DNA of 64,000 nt, from the NCBI GenBank assembly GCA_951406725.2, contig OX597837.1, forward strand, positions 16,988,001 through 17,052,000. Reading direction: 5' to 3'. Made by a program: the position numbers and the translations under genes. The notes below the pieces were generated by a model, which was not told the origin of the DNA, did no database searches, and saw only the letters and a list, made by a program, of their open reading frames with translations. This DNA is from Octopus vulgaris. Its lineage: Eukaryota. Positions 1 through 11,112 of this stretch are shown piece after piece. Positions within the stretch are counted from its first letter, which is position 1; every line of letters starts with the position of its first letter.

Positions 1-23
1 GCATTTTCGAACTTCATTTTTTG

Positions 24-26
<3 letters not shown>

Positions 27-79
<53 letters not shown>
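27..79. repeat. (TA)n microsatellite
   Basis: Perfect AT dinucleotide run. Confidence 0.95.
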
Positions 80-83
<4 letters not shown>

Positions 84-105
84 ATGTTACATTACTCGGT
101 AGTCA

Positions 106-168
106 AGATAAAACTCTGAGTTTCAGATGCCGAAGTGGAAATCCACAACACCATCTCTTCGGTTATCT
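106..168 (-). ncRNA. Candidate minimal type I hammerhead ribozyme (variant core) in a short element between two (TA)n tracts
   Basis: Minus strand reads AGATAA-CCGAAGA-GATG..(GTGGA/TCCAC)..CATC-T-GAAA-CTCAGAG-TT-TTATCT. Stem I is 6 bp, the core is CUGANGA-like with U4>C, stem II is extended, stem III is near-palindromic, and the site is GUU. Confidence 0.45.
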
Positions 169-231
169 GCCTTTCCTCTATTTACATAATATTGAGGTCT
201 CTTTCTTTCTTTTGTTATCTTACCGTTTTAT

Positions 232-233
<2 letters not shown>

Positions 234-292
<59 letters not shown>
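234..292. repeat. (TA)n microsatellite
   Basis: Perfect AT dinucleotide run. Confidence 0.95.
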
Positions 293-297
<5 letters not shown>

Positions 298-350
298 AGG
301 CTGAGAGTAACAGACGACAATTTTCAACTGGATATAAAAACTATCGTTTA

Positions 351-570
351 TGTTACACATTCATATGTATGTGTTTGCATATGCCAAACCACATCCCCAC
401 TCTTGGCACTATTTGTTAGTGAACAGTACAAACTGTGTGTAAAGTATATAATGTATTACTACGCTGGAATGTCGTCGTCCGTATAACAAGTAATGAAAAT
501 AAACACGTAAACAATAACAATGGTTTTCATTTGGTTGTCGATCCCATTAGAACCCAACACACACATCACA
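351..570 (+). repeat. 5' LTR
   Basis: TGTTACA..CATCACA; I count 4 substitutions versus 3742-3961. Confidence 0.95.
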
Positions 571-583
571 TGGTGGCAGCGGT
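571..583 (+). promoter_or_regulatory. Primer binding site, probably tRNA-Leu
   Basis: TGGTGGCAGCGGT directly after the LTR, complementary to the ..ACCGCTGCCA-CCA 3' end of animal tRNA-Leu (recalled). Confidence 0.8.
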
Positions 584-695
584 AAATAAAGAAACGGAAA
601 CTGTGCCTTTACAACAAATCTGAAACGCAACGAACCAGGAAATTAACAAACAAAACATCGCTTCGCCTTCGGACAACATAAACAACTTTTCCAAG

Positions 696-2024
696 ATGGC
701 GACCCCCGTCGCCGTACAGATGAATCTGCATCCGATTATTAATTGGGATTCTAATGATATTTTGGAGGCATTTAAAAAGTTTAAACAGAAAACTCAACTA
801 GCTTTCAAAAGTTTCCTGAAAGGCACAACTGACGATGAGAAGGTAAGCTATATCCTTCTGTGGTCAGGTAATAAAGGAATAGACTTATTCAATAGCTGGG
901 ATATGTTAGAGTCCGACTGCAACAACCCAGATACACTTCTTGAGAAATTTGAGAGGCACCTAGAGCCCAGGTCAAACCATAGAATTCACAGATACGAATT
1001 CCAGGGCCTGAAACAAGCCCCACAAGAAACAATTGACAATTTCCTGTCAAGACTGAAAAATGTTGCAGAGAAATGCAAATTCAAAGACAGGGAGGAGAGA
1101 ATTGTAGACCAATTAATATGGGGGGGTGCCCACATAGAAGTTCAGAAATCCCATATAGCGCAGGAGTGGCTGTGTGGTAAGTAACTTGTTTACCAACCAC
1201 ATGGTTCCGGGTTCAGTCCCACTGCGTGGCACCTTGGGCAAGTGTCTTCTACTATAGCCTCGGGCCGACCAAAGCCTTGTGAGTGGATTTGGTAGACGGA
1301 AACTGAAAGAAGCCTGTCGTATATATGTATATATATGTATATGTTTGTGTGTCTGTGTTTGTCCCCCTAGCATTGCTTGACAACCGAGGCTGGTGTGTTT
1401 ACGTCCCCGTTACTTAGCGGTTCGGCAAAAGAGACCGATAAAATAAGTACTGGGCTTACAAAGAATAAGTCCCGGGGTCGATTTGCTCGACTAAAGGCGG
1501 TGCTCCAGCATGGCCGCAGTCAAATGACTGAAACAAGTAAAAGAGTAAAAGAGTAAGAGAGAGGTAAGGACGCTCTCCAGTTGGTAGAAGCAGTAGACAC
1601 TGCAAGAGCATTCGAGGCCACTACCAAACAAATGGCCTCACTAAGCTTACAAACAAGCCCACTAGGTAGCAGTGTAGATACTGTATCTAGGCACAGGACA
1701 CAAACCCACAAACAAAGAACATGCCGGTACTGTGGTACAGAGCATGAATTTAATAACCGGGAAAAATGTCCTGCATTCGGTACACACTGCAAAGGATGTG
1801 GAAAACTGAACCACTGGAAAAAAATGTGTAGGATAACGAAATCCCAGAGATACAAGCCCCAATTTTCAAAGAGGAGCAGAAATAGAAGAGATATACATGC
1901 ACAACAACAGGAACAAAGCACCTCAGAGGAGGAATTCTTGGCAATCGGCATAATAAATGTTCATGAGATGGGAAAGGACGACCGGAAGAAAGAAGATGAG
2001 GCATACACGACGATAAGAATCTAA
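696..2024 (+). pseudogene. gag: Gypsy gag interrupted by a SINE
   Basis: ORFs 696-1184 and 1581-2024 join in frame once 1159-1563 is removed (..QKSHI-G-KDALQLVEAV..). Contains CRYCGTEH..C and CKGCGKLNHWKKMC Zn knuckles. Confidence 0.88.
1159..1563 (+). mobile_element. tRNA-derived SINE (octopus-like family)
   Basis: Pol III A box TGGCTGTGTGG (1167-1177), B box GGTTCAGTCCC (1210-1220), internal TA/TG microsatellite, LINE-like 3' tail and (GTAAAAGA)n end. It cleanly interrupts gag. Confidence 0.9.
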
Positions 2025-2490
2025 AAGAAGGCCGGAAGGAAAAGAACAAACATAGACTTAAGGCTGAAGATAGACACTGGGGCCCAGAGTGATATCTTGC
2101 CTGTCAGCTTATACAAGATGTTCCCAGAAAATATGACAGAAGAGGATAGGGTCAGAAAAGGAATCCTCACACCAAGTGATGTGGTCCTCACTGCGTACGG
2201 AGGTACCAGGATTCCACAACTGGGGAAAACAACGATTAAGGGGACACACAAAAGGAAAACAATCGAGATTCATCTGTACGGCGACGGGGGTCGCCATCTT
2301 GGATTCGTTGTTTATGTTGTCCGAAGGCGAAGCGATGTTTTGTTTGTTAATTTCCTGGTTCGTTGCGTTTCAGATTTGTTGTAAAGGCACAGTTTCCGTT
2401 TCTTTATTTAAGCTATATGTCACAAGAACAGAAGGCCCATCAATTCTTGGACTCGATACCTGCAGGAGGTTAAATATTGTGTCGGTCAAT
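2025..2490 (+). pseudogene. Retropepsin aspartic protease of the Gypsy element, interrupted by a 145-bp inverted insert
   Basis: LKIDTGAQSDILP..LTAYGG.. before the insert and KLYVTRTEGPSILGLDTCRRLNIV after it. Confidence 0.85.
2266..2410 (-). repeat. Inverted copy of the element's own leader and gag start (583-727)
   Basis: Reverse complement of 583-727 with about 3 clustered mismatches (TTTT vs GAAT). Confidence 0.93.
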
Positions 2491-2628
2491 GCTGAAGTGA
2501 AAGCAGCTCCAAGCAGGATTGACAGTGATATGCCTATCAAAGACCGACCACTAATCACAAACAAAAAGGAGATGGAAGGACTAAGCAGAAAGGTCCACCA
2601 CATTGTAAATGTGACAACCAATAAGCGC

Positions 2629-3630
2629 ATGTACAAAGACATAGAAAAGACAGTTTCTACATGCCGCATCTGCCAAAAGTACAAAACCTCACAACAAAAG
2701 GAGGAAATGATATCTAGTGACATCCCAAGAAGGCCATGGCAAACTATTGGAGTAGATCTATTCACAGAGGGCCAAGAATAGTATTTAATAATGGCCTGCT
2801 ACTACTCCAAATTTCCATTTGTGAGAAAAGTGAAAGACCTGACAGCCAAAACAATCACTACAGTGGCTCGAGGGCTCCTAGCAGAGCAAGGAATACCAGA
2901 GCAGATCATATGTGACAAGGGAACCCAGTTCACATCACAAGAATTCAAAAAGCTAGCCGATGAGTATGGGTTCAATATTACAACTTCATCTCCACACTAT
3001 CCCAAAGGCCATGGGTTTATAGAAAGACAGGTGCAGGCAGTGAAGAGAACACTAGTCAAATGCCGAGAGACTAAGGAAGACCCACACCTGGCACTTCTGT
3101 CCCTACGAACGACACCACTGAGAGCTGATATGAAATCCCCAGCAGAATTGCTGAATGGCAGAAAGTATAAAACTACCCTGCCAACTAAGATCCAACCTCC
3201 TATTGACCAGGAAGAGACAAGGGCAAAGCTAGCAGCCACTCAAGAACAATCACAGAGGTATTACAACAAGCATGCACAATATTTACCTGAGATGCTTGGA
3301 GGACAACATGTGCATACTCAAGATCCCATAACTAAAACATGGATCCCAGCACAGGTTGTCAGTGGAGCTGAAACTCCAAGATCATATATAATAGAAACAG
3401 AATCTGGTAGGCAGCTGAGACGCAACAGGGCCCACATCCGCCTAACACCAGAGCTGCCGAGGAAAACGTGTACAACACCTGCTGCATTGGTGACAACACC
3501 CACAGAATCATCACCCCAACGTGTACCAACCACATATCAGCAGCCCAACAACACATCTCAGACACCGGTGCGAAGCACAAGATCCACCAGATGGAGAAAG
3601 AACATTCTGCCACCGGTTCGATACCGTTAA
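2629..3630 (+). pseudogene. Gypsy integrase (partial Zn finger plus DDE core), one in-frame stop at 2779-2781
   Basis: MYKDIEKTVSTCRICQK, PWQTIGVDLF, GIPEQIICDKGTQFTSQEF, SSPHYPKGHGFIERQV. Confidence 0.9.
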
Positions 3631-3729
3631 AGAAAAGGAAAGTATCTAATTCAGCTAGACTACAATCCATGGTGCAAGGGAGACTACTCATAGTTGTCTT
3701 CACTGCCAGAAGACCCCTTTATTTTTCTC

Positions 3730-3741
3730 AAGAAGAAGGGA
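3730..3741 (+). promoter_or_regulatory. Polypurine tract
   Basis: AAGAAGAAGGGA immediately before the 3' LTR. Confidence 0.85.
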
Positions 3742-3961
3742 TGTTACACATTCATATGTATGTGTTTGCATATGCCAAACCACATCCCCACTCTTGGCAC
3801 TATTTGTTAGTGAACAGTACAAACTGTGTGTAAAGTATATAATGTATTACTACGCTGAAATGTCGTCGTCCGTGTAACAAGTAATGAAAATCAACACGTA
3901 AACAATAACAATGGTTTTCATTTGGTTGTCGATCCCATTAGAACCCAACACACACATAACA
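3742..3961 (+). repeat. 3' LTR
   Basis: TGTTA..TAACA followed by TSD GTTTA. Confidence 0.95.
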
Positions 3962-4478
3962 GTTTATAATCTATTCTGGTGTGTAGAATGTGTCTCTCGG
4001 GTCATTTCTACTTCTTTCTATATGCACACACTTATATACATACAGTCACTTTAAAATTTTTAAACATACATACGTTTATTCATTCATCTTCACACATGCA
4101 TCACGTTACACATACATACATTGAGATACATATAAATATACTTTCTCTTCATTCAAACATACATCATCACACACCCTAACCTCTAAACCACACGCTAGCA
4201 GATGCCAACTGACAATTGCATAATCTCCTCTTGTTACACAAACATACATAGATAACGTCGTACACATATACTCAAACACAGTCACATATTGTTACGTACA
4301 CATACACACAGTCTATTCATTTTATACATACACACATACATATATAAACATACACACAATTATGCACAAATATCAGCAGACTTATATTGTTACACAAACG
4401 TTATAAATTAATTATAGGCTTGTCTCATACAGTTACGTGCACACACACAAACACACAGTCTCATACAGTTACACTCAT

Positions 4479-4480
<2 letters not shown>

Positions 4481-4528
<48 letters not shown>
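4481..4528. repeat. (CA)n microsatellite at the end of a decayed CA-rich tract (~4020-4530)
   Basis: Perfect AC run. Confidence 0.9.
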
Positions 4529-4531
<3 letters not shown>

Positions 4532-4689
4532 TACCAGCAGACAATCAGCGTCATATTTTTCATTTATTTATTATTTATTGGAACGCTAAGATCTTTGTAG
4601 GGCTATTTGAGGGAGGAGGAGTGACTATAGCAGACTGACATGCACTGATCAACTGACAATTTCCAAACCAATTTTATTAATATAGAATA

Positions 4690-5203
4690 CAAGGGTCTGA
4701 AAGGGCTACTAGTAACTGAAAAAATTCAGCGATGACATCAATATGGAATTTGGCCTGTACAAGTGTGCAAAAGCTTCATTCAAATGTGGTGAACTGACAG
4801 CTAATATCATGACCCAACATGATCGTGATACATCTATCAAGAACCTGGTGCAAGAAGGTTTTTATAAGTATCTTGGGGTACACGAAGGGAAAGAGATTCA
4901 ACACAAGTCAATGAAAGAAAAGACCAGGTAAGAGACATGTCAGAATGGTCCTGAATACTGAGCTGAACTCCCAGAATAGAATTGCGGCTATAAACTTCCT
5001 TGCATTACAAGTTGTCCATTCATTAATGTCGTCAATTTGAATCTGAGTGAAATCCAGCATATGGACATAAAGTCCAGGAAACTGCTGACACCCAAAATCA
5101 GACGTCCACAGGGTCTATCTTCCATGAAAGGAAGGTAGTAGAAACTTAATCCAGCTTGAAATGTCCTATAAAACGACCACGATAGGGTTCCAAATGTACA
5201 TCC
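4690..5203 (+). mobile_element. Degenerate R4/Dong-type non-LTR retrotransposon, 5' part (RT C-terminus)
   Basis: FSDDINMEFGLYKCA..FYKYLGVHEG motifs; the frame continues after the LTR insertion. Confidence 0.75.
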
Positions 5204-5772
5204 TGTAGTGATCCTATACAACGGCGCGCGCTCGCGCACCGTCCATTTGTATTTCGCGCGTGCGGGGTTGGTGCTTTCACCACCGGAAGAAGAACCCTTT
5301 TGCCTACGTAGCAGTTAGCCGAGGCAAGGGGATCGTATGACGTTGACCACCAGCGTCCATCAAGCAGCGACTTAAGACAGCAGCGACTGAAGGCGACGGT
5401 CACGTATATTTTCTCTCCGTCCGAACTTGATTCTAGCAGCACCTTACCAAAAGGCCTTTAACCAAATTGTTGCAGACCACATCTCCCTGTTCCAGACGCC
5501 ATCTTTGACCAGTGTCGTTTTGCATTTGAACACTTTCTTATTTTACAGCGATAAGGTTCAGCACTGACACATTTATACCAAAGGGATACCAGATAACCAC
5601 TTATTGTTACTGTTACCACATTAGAGAATAAAGTAGTATATATATCTTTTACGTCTGCGTCTTGTTGTTTCTGACTGGTAGAATTCTGGATTATTAAAGC
5701 AACGAATAGTGATTGCTTTCTTGTACCCCGAAAGTACAAGAGAAGATGTTCACTCACACTAAAACCGTTACA
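5204..5772 (+). repeat. 5' LTR (569 bp)
   Basis: Direct repeat of 7316-7876. Confidence 0.93.
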
Positions 5773-5773
5773 G

Positions 5774-5792
5774 TGGTGACCCCGACGTGATT
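5774..5792 (+). promoter_or_regulatory. Primer binding site, tRNA-Trp
   Basis: TGGTGACCCCGACGTGATT is the complement of AATCACGTCGGGGTCA-CCA, the 3' end of animal tRNA-Trp. Confidence 0.9.
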
Positions 5793-6987
5793 CTGGTCTA
5801 AAACCAGAGATCACTGAACAACAACAAAAAATCCAGTTTTTCTGCGAAGTCGGAACACGATTTAACTCTACGCAGTCATCATCTTTCGACGATTTGTTTC
5901 CGGCCACCACAAACAGTTGTAGAAGGAGCCTCTTTCTTATTCTACAGCCACGATGACGAACGCCATCATATCAACGATGCCTTTTCTCCACCTTCGTCAT
6001 CGCCATCGTCGTCTTTCTACTTCACGTCGTCGTTGTCTTCGTCGCCATCACCACTAAGAACAATGTTGTCTCAAGTCCACTACAGTCGCCTTCCACCACC
6101 ACCGTCGCCTTTCAACACCGTCGACCAAGATGTACATAGCAACTCGCGGAACTTTAGCGTGCACGCTGTTTGTGCATATGCACACCAAGGATTAACAGCA
6201 CCGTCTATCTACGAGATTCTTCTGTTCCAGTTAACCTGTCACAGCATTGAAGCCACAACCGTTACACGATATGTGTCCAATCGGCATCTGCATTTGTGAT
6301 CTCAACATTCTGTTACAGAACGAACTGCTATTGTGCATCAGGCTATTACAGACTGGTAAATTAACTCCATTGTCTGAAATAGCACTGAGAGACATTTTTC
6401 CTATGCGCTGTATTATTATTTTGCTCGCATTTCGCCTTGTATGTATTTTTGTCGCACACACGTACACACACATAAATGCTATCTCTCACATACATACGTC
6501 ACACATGCTTTTCTCGCTTGATTATTCCATGCTAAATTTGCCTTTTGTGGACACACCGCATTTCTATAGACCCTAGGGGTCACGTATACATAGAGAGGGT
6601 TGTTTGTCCATTATAACGCGCCAGCATGTCATACTTTTGTTCCTGTACGAACGAGGCATATAATCGCTCAACCACTGGCATATTCATTGCTGTTTTTCGG
6701 TCTGGCAAGCTCTATTGCATTTCATGCGTCTTTGCTTCGCACGTGTATTGCCTTGTTTTTTTGCAACACGTTTGCGTTAGCTTAATTCTTTTCCCGACTC
6801 ATAGTATGTCGGATGTTCACATGCGCTGCGCCTATGTATGGGCGTAATTATTTTTCCCTGTTAGACTCCTGTTGGTCACGTAATTAACAGAGAAAATTAT
6901 CTGTGTCGCGCATCACACCAGCATGCTTGCACTTTTGCCTTTTGTGTTACTAGCGATCTATCTGTCGATTCCATTTCCTCTCCTGCA

Positions 6988-7128
6988 GCAATTGACTTAA
7001 CTGCTATTTCGCAGGATCAACTACTTTCAGAGAAGTTGGATTTAATTTCGCCTAGGTTCATTAACTGTGAGTTTGCTTTCCTCCCGCTCCCTACAGCGGA
7101 AGGCTCTATACTTTGTGACGTATCCACT
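6988..7128 (+). pseudogene. Remnant of the Gypsy pol RNaseH-integrase linker
   Basis: Open 47-codon stretch AIDLTAISQDQ..LPLPTAEGSILCDVST resembling the IDxxALAxxQ..LCDVSTG linker of Gypsy pol. Confidence 0.6.
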
Positions 7129-7315
7129 TTCATGCATGCACTTTTGAATTTTGCTCATTTTGAGTATTTTTTCCTTTTGGTGAATTTCTTATGTATGATG
7201 TAAAATTTTGCCATTTTTATTATATTGTGTGCTATTTGGTTATCTGGTGTCAACCTTGAGTTTTATAGTCACTACAGGGAATTTTGTGTCGTGCTTACGC
7301 ACTGGGGTGTAGCTC

Positions 7316-7876
7316 TGTAGTGATCCTATACAACGGCGCGCGCTCGCGCACCGTCCATTGTATTTCGCGCGTGCGGGGTTGGTGCTTTCAACACCGGAAG
7401 AAGAACCCTTTTGCCTACGTAGCAGTTAGCCGAGGCAAGAGGATCGTATGACGTTGACCACCAGCGTCCATCAAGCAGCGACTTGAGACAGCAGCGACTG
7501 AAGGCGACGGTCACGTATATTTTCTCTCCGTCCGAACTTGATTCTAGCAGCACCTTACCAAAAGGCCTTTAACCAAATTGTTGCAGACCACATCTCCCTG
7601 TTCCAGACGCCATCTTTGACCAGTGTCGTTTTGCATTTGAACACTTTCTTATTTTACAGCGATAAGGTTCAGCACTGACACATTTATACCAAAGGGATAC
7701 CAGATAACCACTTATTGTTACTGTTACCACATTAGAGAATAAAGTAGTATATATATCTTTTACGTCTGCGTCTTGTTTCTGACTGGTAGAATTCTGGATT
7801 ATTAAAGCAACGGCTAGTGATTGCTTTCTTGTACCCCGAAAGTACAAGAGAAGATATATTCACTAAGCTCGTTACA
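7316..7876 (+). repeat. 3' LTR (561 bp)
   Basis: Direct repeat of 5204-5772, followed by TSD ATCC. Confidence 0.93.
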
Positions 7877-8740
7877 ATCCAAAGTAACAATGACTGGCAA
7901 GGCAACATAAGTAAGAAACTGTACTCAATCTCAAAGAAGGGATATAAATACAGACAAGAGCTTCATCTCCCTGATTATGATAATGATAAAGAGGACACAC
8001 CACTCACTAACACAGCAAAAAGGTGTAAAGCCAAACAGGAAAGCTTGAAGGAAATATCGAGACTGTGGAAATAAAAGCCATTGCATGGGCAATATCCCAA
8101 ACGAGCTGGGAAAATTAATGTAGATAAGAAAAGAACTCATCAGTGACTGCAGATACCTGGTTTGAAAGCCGAATCAGAAGGATTTATCCTAGTAACACAA
8201 GATCAGAATCTCCCCTCTCAGAACTATCAAGCTAATGTCACACAAAATGTGGTGTAGATACAAAGTGTAGTCTATGCAATGACTAACATTGTTGCCGGTT
8301 GCTCAGTCCTTGCCCATAAAACCAGGCATGATCGAATTGGCCAATACTTACACTGGAGCGCATGCAGTCTCTATGACATCCCACACCCTAAACAATTGGT
8401 ATGGACAGCCAGTCACTGAGGGAGAGAAAGTTACCATCCTATGGGAATGTGGGATACATAGACAGACAAATGAATGGAAACCAACCAGACATCTTCATCA
8501 AAGACGTAAGACAAAAAACATGCCTATTAATTGATATAATAGTGCCTCAGCAAAGGAATTCAAAAACTATCGAAATATGAGGACCTTGGGAACGTGGCAA
8601 TTAAAAGCCAAAACCATTCCTGTTGTTTCAGGTGCCCTAGATCAAAAAAGGTAGTGACAGATTTTTTGACCAGATCCCTGGGAAACCAATCTATGGGACG
8701 CGAAATTTGTGTGAACATCAACCGTCCACATTCTCATGTG
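7877..8740 (+). mobile_element. Degenerate R4/Dong-type LINE, 3' part (CCHC finger and restriction-like endonuclease remnants)
   Basis: LWK*KPLHGQY, GLKAESEGFILVTQDQ, CSLC..IVAGC..RHD, ILW..PDIFIKD..CLLID motifs across frameshifts. Confidence 0.8.
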
Positions 8741-9369
8741 TGGATGATCGGAGCGGTGGTAGAGGTAAATGTGATATGACATGGGCTTATTAAATAACCC
8801 TGAACTATTTTGCCTCCAGAAAACTTAACTTTTGTATCCAAAAGTCCAACGCTAGTTTTTGCAAAAATAAACATAAATGTTGGGCGTAAAACCATAGTTT
8901 TTGGCACAACAGCCACATATAAAAATTCTGTACTCACCAGAAACAAAGATAATTCCTACAGTTCAACAAGTTCATATTATTAATTCCAAGTTGTCGCATA
9001 TAATTGTAGTCTTTTTACCCTGGAGTACGCATTTGAACTGGTCACTGGAAACTTTTTATTTGATCAGTCAAAAATGCCAGCACATTTAAGATTTTGCCTT
9101 GAAAACAATAAATTTGTTCCTTTCCAAAAAGTAATGACTTTTCAGATGCCTACAACAACCACAGAAGTCACTCACTTTCCAGAAATAGATTAGAAAGACG
9201 ACTAAAAATTAAGATTTTTAACGAACATTCAGAGAATTTTTTATCACCCAATAAGTTCCAAGTTTTAAGTGAAGATTTCGAGCAAAGCCCAAAAGATAGT
9301 CAGGAATCTAATGAAATTAAGACTGAAAGGCACTTGCCCAAGGAAATTCATTACACTAGAGAATAAGTC

Positions 9370-11043
9370 GGTCATAAATATATCTAAACTAAAACTTTCA
9401 CCCAACGATGTTTCAGTCTTGGATCTGGGACTGAGCACTAAGCACTAAGAATTTCGACAAGAATAAACTAGCTCAAGGGCTATTTCAGTTTGTCCGCTGT
9501 AACAAGCTGAAGGAATATGTTTATGAAAAAAATGGTAACGAAGAGTCAGAAAAACCCCCATACTGAAAAAAATGCTTACTGAAAATAAAAACGATGATGA
9601 TTGAATCTGGCATAATTTGGATTGAAAAGAATCCCAGTTGGTATCCAGATAAAGTTCGGGATGGATGTACACAAGCTATTGGAATTTATTGAATCTTTTC
9701 AGACAGGCATGAGGGAAAGCCGAGTGGAAAGAAGTCTTGGAATAACTTCACAAATTCCCAACATTACATACTCCACCGCCTAGCTAATAATTAATTGTTA
9801 TTAAAATGTTATTAAAGGAAAAGCTATCGTAATTATGGGCAAAAGAGAGTATATTTTAGCATGAGTTTTTTAAGTGACAAAATTTCATATGAAGAATTAC
9901 CTGTCGATCCAAACCTCAATCACAGAGAGGAACATGACAAAATAATTCTGGAAATGGAGGAAAACAATTTCATTAATAAGGTCAAATCCATGAGTCAGAA
10001 AGAACACCTGTATTTTATGGTCTCCCTAACATTTCCTCCAATGCGCCCAATTTGCAGCAAATATGAATTTTGTACAGTCAAAATTTCGGAGTAGCTGGAC
10101 GGCTTTCTACCCCTTGTCGCAAAAAGATCAAGTTCCTTTTGATTTTGTGTCTAAGATCAACAACGTTTTTAAGCACCGAAGCCATGTTGAAAACGGTTTT
10201 TTGGTAATCATGGATGTTTCTTCCTTATATCCCAATATTGACCACGATGAAAGGAAACAGTCAAACAAAAGTATTCCATCTAATTTTCTTTTTAGGTTTG
10301 TGTTACAAAGTAGCACAATGAAGTTCGGGTTAGATGTTCACAAGCACTATTGGTATCCCCATAACAGATAATTTCACTAATGTCTTCATGACAAAATTTG
10401 AGACACATATACTAAATACATTCAAGTCCCTACATGGTTATGAACAAATACTCTGTTGCGGGAAAATATCCTCATTTCAAACAAATATTTCCTCAGTCGC
10501 CTAGTGTAGCCTTTAGAAGCAATAAAAGTATAAGAACTATTAACCTCTACTTCTGACACTGGAGTTTCTGCACGCTATACCATGAAAAACAGCCGCAAGA
10601 GAAGTAAGCTCTGTTCATTGTACAACAGCACGAGTCAAGTGAATTCCATCAGGGATCATAACAGAAATGTTATGATTTACACAGAAGGTGGGGCATGTAG
10701 AGACTCCTATTTGGTGTATGCAGCATAATGTACCAAACACAACTTGATTTATGTTGGTTGGACAACAGAACAATTAAATAAAAGATTCGATGGGCACAGA
10801 TATGATGTCAGGCACAATAACAGTAGTTCGACAGAACTTGCCGAACATTTTCAATCGAACGACTGCGATTTTGAAAAAGACTTGAAAGTGCATATTCTCA
10901 GAAAATATTCTGAATCTGCTATATTTTCAGTACTTAAAATGCATAAGGAGAAACATATTCGCGAGTTTTTAACATCACGCCCTGGAGGAATGAATAAGAT
11001 GACAGGAGAATTTCATCATATTTACACAAAATTATTTGATTAA
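9370..11043 (+). mobile_element. Degenerate Penelope-like element (RT plus GIY-YIG endonuclease)
   Basis: VINISKLKLS..VLDLGL, PPMRPICS, LVIMDVSSLYPNID, then LVYAA*CTKHNLIYVGWT..KRFDGH..LAEHF. Many frameshifts; 5' boundary uncertain. Confidence 0.85.
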
Positions 11044-11112
11044 ATATTCGTCTTCTTTTACCTTTCCTTTTTCTTTCTTATTTTCTCTCTTTTTGCTGCC
11101 TTTTAAACTTTT

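Larger units (their letters stand above)
351..3961 (+). mobile_element. Ty3/Gypsy LTR retrotransposon, non-autonomous (RT-RNaseH deleted)
   Basis: Two 220-bp TG..CA LTRs, 5-bp TSD GTTTA (346-350 and 3962-3966), PBS, PPT, gag with Zn knuckles, DTG protease and DDE integrase at the 3' end. Confidence 0.95.
5204..7876 (+). mobile_element. Non-autonomous Gypsy-derived LTR retroelement nested in the R4-type LINE
   Basis: LTRs 5204-5772 and 7316-7876 (TGTA..TACA), 4-bp TSD ATCC (5200-5203 and 7877-7880), tRNA-Trp PBS, decayed PPT TGGGGTGTAGCTC, and a 1.5-kb interior without intact gag/pol. Confidence 0.93.

Noticed and set aside
135-419. ORFs with IYIY, HTHT, CVCV or poly-Leu runs (also 4387, 54628, 57726-58102, 58782)
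   Set aside because: Microsatellite read-through with no coding evidence.
1159-1235. tRNA gene
   Set aside because: A and B boxes are present but there is no complete cloverleaf; it is the SINE head.
5146-5910. Duplicated minus-strand ORFs (also 7326-7847) as paralogous genes
   Set aside because: They are incidental frames within the two LTRs.
9138-9193. Possible mini-exon ttttcag|ATGCCTACAACAACCACAGAAG (MPTTTTEV..) related to the Thr-rich array
   Set aside because: Stops after 15 codons, has no partner exons and lies next to the Penelope 5' region; chance cannot be excluded.
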